Shown here piece by piece: positions 28,416 to 38,877 of a stretch of 64,000 nucleotides of DNA. The stretch lies in the NCBI GenBank assembly GCA_030651475.1, contig JAUSEW010000021.1, positions 1,898 to 65,897 of the forward strand. Direction: 5' to 3'. Each line of letters opens with the position of its first letter. Position 1 is the stretch's first letter. This DNA comes from Candidatus Levyibacteriota bacterium (lineage in GTDB: Bacteria; Patescibacteriota; Microgenomatia; Levybacterales; UBA12049). Below the pieces are notes generated by a model, which was not told where the DNA came from, did not search any database, and saw only the letters and a list, made by a program, of their open reading frames with translations. Made by a program: the position numbers and the translations under genes.

Positions 28416-28427
28416 TATAATGACGTC

Positions 28428-29759
28428 GTGAAAGAGAGAGGCAATACAATTCTAATCGTGGATGGAGGAGGAAGGGGAACTGCGCTTGTTGATAAATATT
28501 CTCAAAGTCCGCATGTAGATAAAATACTAGCAGTTCCGGGAAATGACTGGATGTCAAGGGTATCAAGAAAGCCTGTTCAAATTTTTCCAGAAATAAAAAC
28601 TTCGGATGTTGTAAGAATAGCAGCGCTCGCTAATAAATTTGGAGTTAATTTGGTGGACATAGCACAAGAAGATGCAGTTAAAGAGGGCCTTGTTGATATG
28701 CTAAGACGTTTTAAAGTACCTGCAGTAGGACCAACACAATCTGCAGGCAGGCTTGAGTGGGATAAAAATTATGCTAGGTCTTTTGGGCAATTTTGGAAAT
28801 TACCTCAGCCCAGATATGATGCGCTTAATAGGGAAGACCAAGTAGGAAAATTTCTTGACTCTCAAGAAAATACCAGATGGTTTGTGAAAGCTTCAGGACT
28901 AGCAGAAGGAAAAGGGGCAATTCCCGCAACATCAAAACAGGAAGTTTTAGATGCAATAAAATGGCTTAAAAAAGAATATCCGGAAGCAACAAAAGTATTT
29001 TTAATTGAGCAATGGCTTGAAGGAGAAGAATTTTCTGCCTTCGCAATTTCTGATAGCAGAAACTTTAGAATTTTGGGATATGCTCAAGATCATAAAAGAG
29101 AATACGATGGGGATAAAGGTGACAACACAGGAGGGATGGGAGCGGTAAGTCATCCTCTGCTTACGAATGATTTAGAGCTTCAAAGAGAAGTTGAAAACAT
29201 CTTCACGAAAACTATTAAGGCAAAGCCTGGCGGAGGATATAGGGGAATATTATACTTAGGAGGAATGGCAGTTAAAGCAAATGGCAAGCTTGATCCCTAC
29301 GTTATAGAATTTAACGCTAGATGGGGAGATCCGGAAGCTCAAGCTATAGTTCCAGGACTCAAAGTTGATTTATTTGAAATGGGAATGGAAGCAGCAAAAG
29401 GCACATTGAGAAGGATAAAGGTTTCAGATGATGGAAAGGTAAGAGTTGCTGTTGCCGGAGTTGCGAAAGGATATCCTCGATCGTCGGAATATTCACAAGC
29501 AAAAGGAAAACAGATATTTGGATTAGACGATGCTGAAAAATTAGATAACGTGATAGTTTATGGAGCAGGAGTCGCGGTGCAAGATGGAAAACACTATGTA
29601 AACGGAGGTAGACTTTTCTATATTGTTGGGACAGGAAAAGATGTTCTTCAAGCCAGAGATAAGGCTTATGAGGCAATGGAAAAAGTGAGAATCGAGGGGA
29701 ATAATTTACATTTTCGAACAGATATTGGGCTGAGAGATGCTGCCAGATTAAGAAAATAG
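28428..29759 (+). CDS. purD: Phosphoribosylamine--glycine ligase (PurD)-like ATP-grasp enzyme
   Basis: N-domain ILIVDGGGRGTALVDKYSQSPHVDKILAVPGN. The ATP-grasp core FVKASGLAEGKGA...FLIEQWLEGEEFSAFAI...QDHKREYDGDKGDNTGGMGA aligns closely with PurD. Confidence 0.6.
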   Translation: MKERGNTILIVDGGGRGTALVDKYSQSPHVDKILAVPGNDWMSRVSRKPVQIFPEIKTSDVVRIAALANKFGVNLVDIAQEDAVKEGLVDMLRRFKVPAVGPTQSAGRLEWDKNYARSFGQFWKLPQPRYDALNREDQVGKFLDSQENTRWFVKASGLAEGKGAIPATSKQEVLDAIKWLKKEYPEATKVFLIEQWLEGEEFSAFAISDSRNFRILGYAQDHKREYDGDKGDNTGGMGAVSHPLLTNDLELQREVENIFTKTIKAKPGGGYRGILYLGGMAVKANGKLDPYVIEFNARWGDPEAQAIVPGLKVDLFEMGMEAAKGTLRRIKVSDDGKVRVAVAGVAKGYPRSSEYSQAKGKQIFGLDDAEKLDNVIVYGAGVAVQDGKHYVNGGRLFYIVGTGKDVLQARDKAYEAMEKVRIEGNNLHFRTDIGLRDAARLRK

Positions 29760-29762
29760 ATT

Positions 29763-30800
29763 TTAGGAGGCGAGGATTTTTTTAAGGTTTTCTACCATAT
29801 CAACCGGCGTTGGGTCTTGTCCATATTCAAGTGCCAGATAATATGAAGTCCAGTCTGCAAGATTAATACTGGAAAACATTTTATAAAAAACATCCGTTCC
29901 TTCCAGATCTAAAATTTCAGTTTCTATTCCTTTTTCTCTTAACAAACGTGCCGTAGGTTCATATCTGCGTTTGTTTCTCTCATGATCTTCCGGGTTTTTG
30001 AGCATGATGATAAAAAACTTGGCCTGCGGATTTGTAAACCCGACCATTTCGTTGTGATTTGCTTCCGATAAGAAATTCCAAAACGCCGGAGTTTTGGCAT
30101 TTTCATTTATTTTAATTTTCCAAACCATTGCAACCGCTTTGTATTTGGAAGAAGCATATATCACAGGAGTTTTTCCTTTTAATTTTCGAGCCAATTCCAT
30201 GCCTTTTCTTTCAGAGTTTACCATTTGGCTATTTAATTTTTTGGCAAGGGAAAGGATTTCACTTGTAGTATCAGGTACAAGATTTTGATTAACAAGCAAT
30301 TGAAACATTGCCCCAAAGAAATATCCCGTACCCATTCTTGGCTGAAAATTAGGATAGGGAACAGGAAGTTTGATATGCGGAACTTTATATTTTTTACATA
30401 ATTCTTCCACTTTCCCACCACTTGATAAGCCTAAAAAAGGAAGATTAGCATGATATGCTTCTTCAAGCGAACTGATGGTTTCTTCGGTAGTTCCCGAATA
30501 TGAAGAGATAATGTTTAGAGAATTTGCACTATAACTTTGCCGGGGCAGAGAATAAGATCTGTTAATGTAAATCTCAAATGGTTTATATTTGGGATAACTT
30601 TTCAATAGGCTGTCGCAGTAGATCTTTAAAAGATTTGTTGGCAAAGCTGATCCGCCCATTCCGGAAACAATAATATTTTGAAAATCCCCTTTAATTTTTA
30701 TTTTCTTGGCCAAAGACATTCCTACTTCAAACTGCGATGGAGAATCTGCGATAAATTGCCTGAAGTTAGATTTATCCAATTTTTTCAGTTCTAAATTCAT
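29763..30800 (-). CDS. SIS-domain sugar-phosphate isomerase, bifunctional phosphoglucose/phosphomannose isomerase-like
   Basis: 345 aa. GDFQNIIVSGMGGSALP and a second SIS-like half. Its size and architecture resemble the archaeal-type PGI/PMI family (my inference). Confidence 0.55.
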   Translation of the reverse strand: MNLELKKLDKSNFRQFIADSPSQFEVGMSLAKKIKIKGDFQNIIVSGMGGSALPTNLLKIYCDSLLKSYPKYKPFEIYINRSYSLPRQSYSANSLNIISSYSGTTEETISSLEEAYHANLPFLGLSSGGKVEELCKKYKVPHIKLPVPYPNFQPRMGTGYFFGAMFQLLVNQNLVPDTTSEILSLAKKLNSQMVNSERKGMELARKLKGKTPVIYASSKYKAVAMVWKIKINENAKTPAFWNFLSEANHNEMVGFTNPQAKFFIIMLKNPEDHERNKRRYEPTARLLREKGIETEILDLEGTDVFYKMFSSINLADWTSYYLALEYGQDPTPVDMVENLKKILAS

Positions 30801-30865
30801 TACTCTATTGTAACCTAAGTTTCAAGGCTTGACAAACCATAGGGCGATACCCTACACTTCTAATT

Positions 30866-31888
30866 ATGGCAAACCATAAGGTATCAGGAGTGGATGATTT
30901 ATTAAAAAGATTGACAGAAAAGAAGAAGAAATTAGACGGTTTTAGACCGTTATCTTCAGCATTGGCTATTAACCTTGGAGAATGGTTTAAGGTAGAGCTG
31001 ACCTACACATCTAATGCAATAGAAGGTAACACTTTAACGAGAAAAGAGACGGCGCTTGTGGTTGAGGAAGGTATAACAGTAAGAGGTAAGACGCTTAAAG
31101 AACACTTGGAAGCGATAAATCACGCAGAAGCATTGGATTTTATAAAAGAGCTTGTTAGTAAAAAACGAAAAGATTTAACAAGACGAGAGGTTTTAGATAT
31201 TCACGCTCTAATACTTAAAAAAATTGACGATGATAATGCGGGACGATACAGAAGCATAGAAGTACGAATTAGCGGGTCAAATATTATATTGCCTGACCCT
31301 ATAAAAGTGCCAGAGCTTATGGAAGGTTTTTTTAAATGGCTTCATTCAAAAAACATAGACCATCCTGCAAAAATAGCGGCTGATGCGCATTTTAAGTTGG
31401 TTTCGGTACATCCTTTTTCTGACGGTAACGGTAGAACTGCACGGCTTCTTTTGAACTTACTTTTGATGCAAAAGGGCTATCCGCCAGCTCTTGTAAGAAA
31501 AGAGGACAGAGATTTATATATAAATAGCATTGAAAAAGCACAACTTAGTGGAGATTTTGACGATTATTACATAGTTATCTACAGAGCCATTGACCGCTCG
31601 TTTGATATTTATCTGGAGGCAGTAAAGAGAAAAACGCTTAAGACCTCTTCTGTCGTGCAAAAAAGATTGCTTAGGATAGGGGAACTGGCAAAAGAGACAG
31701 GAGCGACATTAAATGCGATACGGCATTGGACTGAAAAAGGGTTAATTGAAGTAGCGGAGCATACATCGGCGGGCTATCAGTTATTCGACCGTTCTATGGC
31801 TGAGAGAATAAAAGAGATAAGACGATTGCAAAAAGAAGAGCGGCTGACTATAGCTGAGATTAAAAGAAAATTGGACAGTGTGCTATAA
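30866..31888 (+). CDS. Fic/Doc-family protein fused to a C-terminal MerR-like HTH
   Basis: Canonical Fic motif HPFSDGNGRTARLL. The C-terminal RIGELAKETGATLNAIRHWTEKGLIEVAEHTSAGYQLFD resembles a MerR-type HTH. Confidence 0.75.
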   Translation: MANHKVSGVDDLLKRLTEKKKKLDGFRPLSSALAINLGEWFKVELTYTSNAIEGNTLTRKETALVVEEGITVRGKTLKEHLEAINHAEALDFIKELVSKKRKDLTRREVLDIHALILKKIDDDNAGRYRSIEVRISGSNIILPDPIKVPELMEGFFKWLHSKNIDHPAKIAADAHFKLVSVHPFSDGNGRTARLLLNLLLMQKGYPPALVRKEDRDLYINSIEKAQLSGDFDDYYIVIYRAIDRSFDIYLEAVKRKTLKTSSVVQKRLLRIGELAKETGATLNAIRHWTEKGLIEVAEHTSAGYQLFDRSMAERIKEIRRLQKEERLTIAEIKRKLDSVL

Positions 31889-32479
31889 TTGGCCTCGAAA
31901 AGTATGATTGGGTTTTTGAAAGGGGAAGTTTTTTTAAGAGAAGGTAATTCTATTATTCTTGATGTAAAAGGAGTTGGGTACAAAGTGCTGGCGGCAAGTG
32001 ATGTTTTGGCGAGAGCAAATAAAGGCGTTTCTTTAGAACTTTTTATTTACACTCATGTTAGGGAAGACAATATTTCCCTCTTCGGTTTTTTGGAATCCTT
32101 AGATCTAAAACTTTTTGAAAATCTAATTGGGATTTCCGGAATTGGACCTAAAACCGCAATGGCTATATTTTCTACAGGTACGAGAAATACGATTACTAAT
32201 GCGATTATAAAAGGAGATGTTGATTTTTTCACTTCTGTTCCCAGGCTTGGTCACAAAAATGCCCAAAAAATTATCATTGAACTGAAAAACAAGTTTGGCG
32301 GAGATGGAGAAATAGATTTATTGGGATACGACTCGAAAGACAATAAGGAAATAATTAGCGGCCTGGAGTCTTTCGGTTTTTCCAAAAAAGAAGCGATAAA
32401 TGCGATAAGAGAGATAGATAAGAAGGACGGCAGTGTTGAGGAAAAAATAAGATTAGCCCTAAAGTTTTTAGGACGGTAG
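31889..32479 (+). CDS. ruvA: Holliday junction branch-migration protein RuvA
   Basis: MIGFLKGEV...GVGYKV...ISGIGPKTA helix-hairpin-helix and the C-terminal domain. The probable true start is the ATG at 31904. Confidence 0.85.
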   Translation: MASKSMIGFLKGEVFLREGNSIILDVKGVGYKVLAASDVLARANKGVSLELFIYTHVREDNISLFGFLESLDLKLFENLIGISGIGPKTAMAIFSTGTRNTITNAIIKGDVDFFTSVPRLGHKNAQKIIIELKNKFGGDGEIDLLGYDSKDNKEIISGLESFGFSKKEAINAIREIDKKDGSVEEKIRLALKFLGR

Positions 32480-32492
32480 AGATTTTGAGGAT

Positions 32493-33536
32493 ATGACAGA
32501 TAAATTAGTAAAAACCAAAATTAAAAAAGAGAAAGAAGTTGAAAATCCCGAAGAGGAAATTCTTTTTACTTCTCTTCGTTCTAAGTCCTGGGTAGAGTTC
32601 TATGGGCAAAAGCAAATCAAAGAGTCTTTGCGAATTACCATAGAAGCTGCGAAAAAAAGAAAAGAGGCAATTGAGCATATACTTCTGTACGGGCCTCCGG
32701 GACTTGGCAAGACAACCCTTTCTTATTTAATTGCCAAAGGCATGGGAAGTAATATTAGGGTTACATCCGGTCCTGCGATTGAGAGGGCAGGGGATCTGGC
32801 GTCAATTCTTACCAATCTGGAAAAAGGAGATATACTTTTTATTGACGAAATTCATAGGCTTAACAAAGTCGTTGAGGAAACGCTTTATCCAGCGATGGAA
32901 GAATATGCCTTGGATATGATTTTGGGAAAAGGCCCATCTGCCAGAACGCTTCGGCTGGAACTGGCGCCTTTTACGATTATCGGTGCTACGACCAGAATAG
33001 GTCTTTTGTCAGCGCCATTGCGAGATAGATTTGGAGTAGTCCATAGATTAAGTTTTTATAATCCCAAAGATTTGGAGGGAATTGTTGCTTCCGCTGCCAA
33101 AAAACTCAACGTCCCAATTGACGAAGAAAGCATCAAAGAAATAGCCAAAAGAGCCAGAGGGACACCTAGAATTGCTTTAAAACTTCTGAAAAGAACCAGA
33201 GATTTTGCGCAAGTGGAAGGAAAAGGAAAAATCACCAAAGAAATAACCAAAGAAGCTTTGGATATGCTGGAAGTTGACATTCTGGGGCTTGATGGAGTAG
33301 ACAGGCGTTTTATAAAAGCAATTATTGAAAAGCATAGCGGAGGACCGGTTGGCATAGAAACAATTGCGGCAAGTATCTCGGAAGATATTGGAACAATAGA
33401 GGAAGTAATCGAACCGTTTCTGCTCCAAATTGGTTTTCTGAAAAGAACCAATCGGGGGAGAGTGGTTACCAAAATAGCCTACGATCACTTCGGAAAAAAG
33501 TTTAAGGAAGATAAAAAACAGCAAAAATTGTTATAA
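32493..33536 (+). CDS. ruvB: Holliday junction DNA helicase RuvB
   Basis: AAA+ Walker [15 protein letters not shown], Walker [11 protein letters not shown] and a RuvB C-terminal winged helix. Confidence 0.9.
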   Translation: MTDKLVKTKIKKEKEVENPEEEILFTSLRSKSWVEFYGQKQIKESLRITIEAAKKRKEAIEHILLYGPPGLGKTTLSYLIAKGMGSNIRVTSGPAIERAGDLASILTNLEKGDILFIDEIHRLNKVVEETLYPAMEEYALDMILGKGPSARTLRLELAPFTIIGATTRIGLLSAPLRDRFGVVHRLSFYNPKDLEGIVASAAKKLNVPIDEESIKEIAKRARGTPRIALKLLKRTRDFAQVEGKGKITKEITKEALDMLEVDILGLDGVDRRFIKAIIEKHSGGPVGIETIAASISEDIGTIEEVIEPFLLQIGFLKRTNRGRVVTKIAYDHFGKKFKEDKKQQKLL

Positions 33537-33766
33537 TAAGGCTCATGAACATTTTTCTTACATTGCTTGGTTTTTTTTAGTTTATTGTGGTGTTTGTGCA
33601 ATAAAGTTTCGCAGAATATACGGAATATTTCGATTTGAAAATGGAATGCTTTATAAGGGTAAATGGGCTATTTTTGAAGGAATATTTCTATTGATTTTTG
33701 GACTATTTATCTTGTGGCTCATTTATCTCAGGCAATAAAAAACGAGGAATCTTATTTGTGTTTAAA

Positions 33767-36127
33767 TTAAAAGCCGAGGTGGAAGATGGTTTGGAAGAAG
33801 GGGGTAAAGGTTATTACAGCCTGAATAACTAAAGTTATAGCAACTCCTATTATAAGAAATTTATTAACTTTAAACATTAATTTTCCCCGAATCAAGAAAG
33901 CAAGAATCATATGGGAAACAACAAGGAGATTGAATACAATTGTTCTGGCTAGGGTTTCAGAAAAAATTCCCAAAAACAATTTAAAAACAGCCAGTAAAAT
34001 AAAGGCTAAAGAAAGTCCTGTAATTAAAATAAAGGCAAGGCGGTGGTTGCTTAAGATTGGCGCATTTGGATTTCTGGGCTTAAGCCTTAATACTTCATGA
34101 TCTTTATTGTCGTTGGCAAGGGCCATGGCCGGTAAGCCATCCGTGACTAGGTTTATCCAAAGAATTTGCGTTGGGAGAAGCGGGTTTGGCATGCCAAAAA
34201 GCACAGCAAAAAATATGAGCGCAATCTCTGAAAGATTGCCTGTGATAAGATAGGTTGTAGCTTTGGCAATGTTATTGTAAATTGTTCTTCCTTCCTCAAT
34301 AGCTCCAACCAGTGTTGAGAAATTGTCATCGGTTAAAACAATATCGCTTGCTTCTTTGGCAACATCAGTGCCTTTTTCGCCCATTGCTATACCAACATCG
34401 GCTTTTTTAAGCGCTAATGCATCATTTACTCCGTCTCCCGTAACTCCCACCACATAGCCCAGTTTTTTTAGAACCGTTACTAAACGAAGCTTGTCTTCGG
34501 GTTTATTTCTGGCGAAAATACGGGTTTTTAAAATGATTTTTTCCAGTTCTTCGTCCGAAAGTTTTTCAACCTCATCTCCTGTTATAACATCTTCGTCTTT
34601 GTCAACCAAACCAACTTCTTTTGCCACCGCAAGAGCGGTTAATTCATTATCTCCGGTTATCATGATGGTTTTAATTCCCGCCAGTTTTGCTTTCTCAACT
34701 GCTATTTTTGCTTCCGGACGCGGCGGATCATACATACCGATAAAGCCCAGAAATTTAAGATTTTTTTCTAAGTGCTCTCTTTTTGGATTACTATGGCTTT
34801 CTGTTTTTGTGCCAAATCCGATAATGCGCAATCCCTGTTTCGCATAGTCTTCAAAAAGATTGGTGATGCGTTTTTTTTCATCTTCCGTAAGCTTGCTTTC
34901 CGCAAGGATAATTTCCGGAGCGCCCCTCACAAACACATATTTTTTGTAGTTTTGTTCAAAAACCGTAGTTACTGTTTTTCTGTCCGGATCAAAAGAGAAT
35001 TCATCAATTACTTTCCCTTCATTTTTTATTTTTTCAATATCTCCCAGCTTTTCTTTCGCAAAAAGAAGCAATGCTCCGTCTGTTTTTCCTCCCACTACGT
35101 CAAAGGAGTTTTTATCAGCCTTTTGGATTAAGGATGCAGTATTTCCCAAAATACACGTCTTAAGAAGAGAAGGCAATGATTCCTTATCTTTTAACCAGAT
35201 TTTTTTTACTCTTTGATTATTTTGCGTTAGAGTTCCTGTTTTATCAACTAGAAGTATCTGTATGGCTCCTAGTGTTTCAACAGAGGCCATTTTCCTAACA
35301 ATTGCGCGCTTTTTTGCCATTCTTACCATTCCAATAGCCAGAGCGATAATTACAACTATAGGAAGACTCGTCGGAACTGCAGCAATACCAATGCTGATTG
35401 CTAGAATTGTCATCGAGAATAATTCTTTTCTTTGCAAAAGACCGATTGTAATAATAGAAATGGAAATGGCAATTACTATAAAGGTTAGTGTTTTTCCTAA
35501 GCCATCAAGACGTTTTTGAAGAGGAGTTTTTTCTGATGTCAGAGTGGATAATGTTTGTGCAATTTTTCCAAAACGGGTCTGCATGCCTGTATTTTCAACA
35601 AGCATGCGCCCGCGGCCGCTTATAAGAAGAGTTCCTAAAAAAACCTCTTCATTTTTATTCTTAACAACAGGGATAGATTCTCCGGTTAAAACAGATTCGT
35701 CGATTTCAATCGAGCTGCCTAAAATAATCTTGCCATCGGCTGGAATACGGATACCTGGGGAAAGACGTACCACGTCTCCCGGAACTAAGTCTGTCGTTTG
35801 AACTTCGATATCCTTATCGTTTCTGATAACGCGAGCTAATGGTTTTATATAGTCTTTTAGCTTCTGTAATGATTTTTCCGCCTTATATTCCTGCACAAAG
35901 CTAACAACAGAGTTCATTATAATAACAGTCATTATGAATACGCTGTCAATGTAATTGCCTATGGCAAAAGAGAGAATAGAAGCCCCTGTGAGGATTGCGT
36001 TAAAAAGGGTTGGGAATTGGGAGAAAAAAAGAGAGATGGGCGCGAGCCTTTCCTCTTTTGAAATCTCATTCTTGCCAAAGGTATTGAGTCTTCTTTGTGC
36101 TTCTTGTGATGTTAAACCTTTTTCCAT
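33767..36127 (-). CDS. P-type cation-transporting ATPase (P2-type, Ca2+/Mg2+-like)
   Basis: DKTGTLT phosphorylation motif, TGDN, GDGVNDA hinge motif and 8-10 TM helices. The track ORF extends to 36178. The internal start MEKGLTSQEAQ (36127) avoids overlap with comM. Confidence 0.88.
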   Translation of the reverse strand: MEKGLTSQEAQRRLNTFGKNEISKEERLAPISLFFSQFPTLFNAILTGASILSFAIGNYIDSVFIMTVIIMNSVVSFVQEYKAEKSLQKLKDYIKPLARVIRNDKDIEVQTTDLVPGDVVRLSPGIRIPADGKIILGSSIEIDESVLTGESIPVVKNKNEEVFLGTLLISGRGRMLVENTGMQTRFGKIAQTLSTLTSEKTPLQKRLDGLGKTLTFIVIAISISIITIGLLQRKELFSMTILAISIGIAAVPTSLPIVVIIALAIGMVRMAKKRAIVRKMASVETLGAIQILLVDKTGTLTQNNQRVKKIWLKDKESLPSLLKTCILGNTASLIQKADKNSFDVVGGKTDGALLLFAKEKLGDIEKIKNEGKVIDEFSFDPDRKTVTTVFEQNYKKYVFVRGAPEIILAESKLTEDEKKRITNLFEDYAKQGLRIIGFGTKTESHSNPKREHLEKNLKFLGFIGMYDPPRPEAKIAVEKAKLAGIKTIMITGDNELTALAVAKEVGLVDKDEDVITGDEVEKLSDEELEKIILKTRIFARNKPEDKLRLVTVLKKLGYVVGVTGDGVNDALALKKADVGIAMGEKGTDVAKEASDIVLTDDNFSTLVGAIEEGRTIYNNIAKATTYLITGNLSEIALIFFAVLFGMPNPLLPTQILWINLVTDGLPAMALANDNKDHEVLRLKPRNPNAPILSNHRLAFILITGLSLAFILLAVFKLFLGIFSETLARTIVFNLLVVSHMILAFLIRGKLMFKVNKFLIIGVAITLVIQAVITFTPFFQTIFHLGF

Positions 36128-36131
36128 ATTT

Positions 36132-37664
36132 TTAAATATTATCAGCCCTTGGCCTGTATTGCAAAGCTTCGGCAACATGATTTGGCGCTATATTTTTACA
36201 CTCTTCCAAATCGGCAATAGTTCTGGCAAGTTTTACAGTTCTGTAATAAGATCTTGCCGATAAACTCATTCTGACAACCGCCAGACGCAGAAGTTCCCGG
36301 CATTCATTGGAAAGTTCCAAAAGTTCTTTCACGTCCTTACTGATCATTTCGGAATTTGAGGCTATTTTTCTTCCTTTGAAGCGTTTGGTTTGGATATCTC
36401 TGGCTTTCTGTACTCTTTTTCTAATCTGCAAAGAATTTTCCGCAAGTCTTCCCTTATCATCTTCGGTTAATTTATCAAGTTTTACCGCAGGAACATCCAA
36501 GTGAATATCAATTCTGTCAATCACAGGGCCGGAAACACGTTTTTGATAACGCAGTATTTGTCCGGGCATGCATTTACATTCGTGAGTCGGATCGCCGAAG
36601 TAGCCGCAGGGACAGGGATTTTGCGCAGCGACAAGCATAAATTTGGCAGGAAACATCACCCGTCCTTGGGCTCTGGAAATAGTGACAAATCCATCTTCCA
36701 TGGGCTGACGTAAAACTTCCAAAACGTGCCTTGGAAATTCTGCAAATTCATCCAAAAACAAAACTCCTCGATGCGCCAAAGATATTTCCCCTGGTTTTGG
36801 CACTGTTCCTCCGCCGATAATTCCGATATGGGAAGTTGTATGATGAGGAGCCCTAAATGGCCTTTGAGTGATGATAGATTCTCTGTCCAAAAGTCCGGAA
36901 ATGCTGTAAATTTTGGTTACTTCCAAGGCTTCGTCGAAAGTTAGTTTTGGCAAAATTGAAGGAAGAGTTCTGGCAAGCAAAGTTTTTCCTGCTCCCGGCG
37001 GGCCTTTGAGAAGTATATTGTGGTTTCCTGCTGCTGCAATTTCCATAGCTCTTTTGGCTTTTTCCTGACCTTTAATATCTTCCATATCGAAATCAAATTT
37101 TTCGGTTTTGGCGTATTCCGCAAGCGGAATATGCTTTTGAGGTTTTATTTCCTTAACTTTTGTTAAATGCTGAAAAAGTTCCAATAATGTTGAAGTAGGA
37201 TAGATTTTAATTCCTTGTAATACTGCCGCTTCTTTGGCATTAACCAAAGGCAGAAAAATTCTTTTTAATTTTTCTTCTTTTGCGAGAATTGCTTGCGGCA
37301 AAACGCCGTTGGTATAGCGCAGTCTTCCATCCAAAGACAGCTCTCCCATAAAAAGCGCATCATCAATGTCTTCTTTTAATTGTCCGGAGGCGATAAGAAT
37401 TCCCAGGGCAATCGGCAGATCATAGGAAGGTCCTTCTTTGGGCAAGTCCGCAGGAGCCAAATTTACCGTAATTCTTTTGGACGGAAAATCGCTTCCTGTA
37501 TTTTTAATAGCACTTCTGACTCTTTCTTTTGATTCTTCCACTGCCTTATCCGGAAGACCGACAATGGTAAAAGAGGGAAGGCCTTGAGAAGCAATATCAA
37601 TTTCCACTTCAACAGGAACCGCATTAAGACCAACAACAGCTGAAGAATTCACTTTCGCCAACAT
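36132..37664 (-). CDS. comM: Mg-chelatase-like AAA ATPase YifB/ComM
   Basis: N-terminal Lon-like domain, Walker A LLKGPPGAGKTLLA, Walker B VLFLDEFAEF and a C-terminal Mg-chelatase subunit ChlI-like region. Confidence 0.85.
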   Translation of the reverse strand: MLAKVNSSAVVGLNAVPVEVEIDIASQGLPSFTIVGLPDKAVEESKERVRSAIKNTGSDFPSKRITVNLAPADLPKEGPSYDLPIALGILIASGQLKEDIDDALFMGELSLDGRLRYTNGVLPQAILAKEEKLKRIFLPLVNAKEAAVLQGIKIYPTSTLLELFQHLTKVKEIKPQKHIPLAEYAKTEKFDFDMEDIKGQEKAKRAMEIAAAGNHNILLKGPPGAGKTLLARTLPSILPKLTFDEALEVTKIYSISGLLDRESIITQRPFRAPHHTTSHIGIIGGGTVPKPGEISLAHRGVLFLDEFAEFPRHVLEVLRQPMEDGFVTISRAQGRVMFPAKFMLVAAQNPCPCGYFGDPTHECKCMPGQILRYQKRVSGPVIDRIDIHLDVPAVKLDKLTEDDKGRLAENSLQIRKRVQKARDIQTKRFKGRKIASNSEMISKDVKELLELSNECRELLRLAVVRMSLSARSYYRTVKLARTIADLEECKNIAPNHVAEALQYRPRADNI

Positions 37665-37668
37665 TAAT
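37613..37668. repeat. Direct repeat copy 1 (~56 bp; covers comM start codon and first 17 codons)
   Basis: caggaaccGCATTAAGACCAACAACAGCTGAAGAATTCACTTTCGCCAACATTAAT. The 48-bp core (37621-37668) is identical to 38887-38934. Confidence 0.9.
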
Positions 37669-37800
37669 TAATAATAGCATTATTATAAAATTAAAACTGC
37701 GCAACAAAACCGGCACTTGACCCATTCGGCTTGGCTCAGGCCGTTCGAGGCTCTGAGGAGCCCTCAGGCTCTGAACGAGGTCTTGACAAATCGTCTCAAA

Positions 37801-38874
37801 ATGATACGATTAGTATATATGAATGATTCGATTCTAACCCCAAGACAAAAATATATTCTGAATTTAATTAGCCAATCAGAGGGGCTGTTGCGTGAGCAAA
37901 TCCAAAATGAAATTCAAGAAATCTACCCTTCTTCAAAACCAACCTTGGTGAGGGACCTAAACATTCTTTTAAAATACGGTTTTATTAAATTCGAAGGTAA
38001 GGCAAGAGCGACAAAATATTTGCCTAAAGTATTAAACCGACTTCTTCGTAAGTTTGACACTGAAAGATATTTTGCCGATGATCCGGATAAACGTATAGGA
38101 GCAAGAAAAACTTTCGACTTTAAAATACTTGAAGACTTGCATGATCTTTTTTTGCAAGACGAAATGGAAGTTCTCAAGAAAATATGTCGCAGTTTTAAAC
38201 AGCAAACATCTAAGTTAAATCCGGATCTTTTAAAACGGGAGCTTGAAAGATTTGCGATTGAATTGTCATGGAAATCTTCAAAAATTGAAGGTAATACATA
38301 CACTCTTTTAGAGACAGAATCTTTAATTAAAGAGCAAAAGGAGGCTGTTGGAAAAACCAAAGAAGAAGCAATAATGATATTAAATCATAAAATTGCTTTT
38401 GAAGAAATATTGAAAAATAAAGATGATTTTAGTGTTATTTCTATTACGCAAATTAACCAATTGCATAATATTTTAATTAAAGACTTAAATGTTACAAGCG
38501 GCATTAGGAAGCAGGCGGTTGGGATTACGGGCACAGCATATCAGCCGTTAGATAATGAACACCAAATAAGAGAAGTTTTTGAAAAAACAATAAGTATTAT
38601 AAATAGAACTAAAAACCCATTTGAAAAAGCGTTAATCGCTCAATTTATGATTGCGTACATTCAGCCATATTCTGATGGTAACAAGAGAACAGCAAGAATG
38701 TTTACAAATGCAATTTTATTAGCCCATGACCTATACCCTTTATCTTATCGGAGCGTAGATGAAGATAGTTTTAAAAAAGGTTTAATTCTATTCTACGAGC
38801 AAAGCAGCATCTGTGAAATAAAACAGTTATTTATTGAACAAGTCATATTTGCCAATGAAACATATTTTAGATAA
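37801..38874 (+). CDS. Fic-family protein (variant Fic motif), carried on an inserted segment
   Basis: Fic motif QPYSDGNKRTARMF (HxFx(D/E)GNGR variant with Q/Y). The track ORF starts at 37717, but the extension overlaps a GC-rich structured leader. The probable start is ATG 37801 or 37819. Confidence 0.7.
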   Translation: MIRLVYMNDSILTPRQKYILNLISQSEGLLREQIQNEIQEIYPSSKPTLVRDLNILLKYGFIKFEGKARATKYLPKVLNRLLRKFDTERYFADDPDKRIGARKTFDFKILEDLHDLFLQDEMEVLKKICRSFKQQTSKLNPDLLKRELERFAIELSWKSSKIEGNTYTLLETESLIKEQKEAVGKTKEEAIMILNHKIAFEEILKNKDDFSVISITQINQLHNILIKDLNVTSGIRKQAVGITGTAYQPLDNEHQIREVFEKTISIINRTKNPFEKALIAQFMIAYIQPYSDGNKRTARMFTNAILLAHDLYPLSYRSVDEDSFKKGLILFYEQSSICEIKQLFIEQVIFANETYFR

Positions 38875-38877
38875 CTG

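Noticed and set aside
33537-33766. 230-bp convergent spacer between ruvB and the P-type ATPase, considered as a small-RNA or small-ORF locus
   Set aside because: Only very short ORFs (17 codons or fewer). No clear hairpin-plus-U-tract or conserved motif was recognisable. It is most likely just a bidirectional termination region.
37717-37800. 5' extension of the second Fic ORF (MTHSAWLRPFEALRSPQ...)
   Set aside because: The extension translates the GC-rich hairpin/repeat segment and precedes a TTGACA promoter-like hexamer. The Fic domain starts later. A start at 37801/37819 is more plausible.
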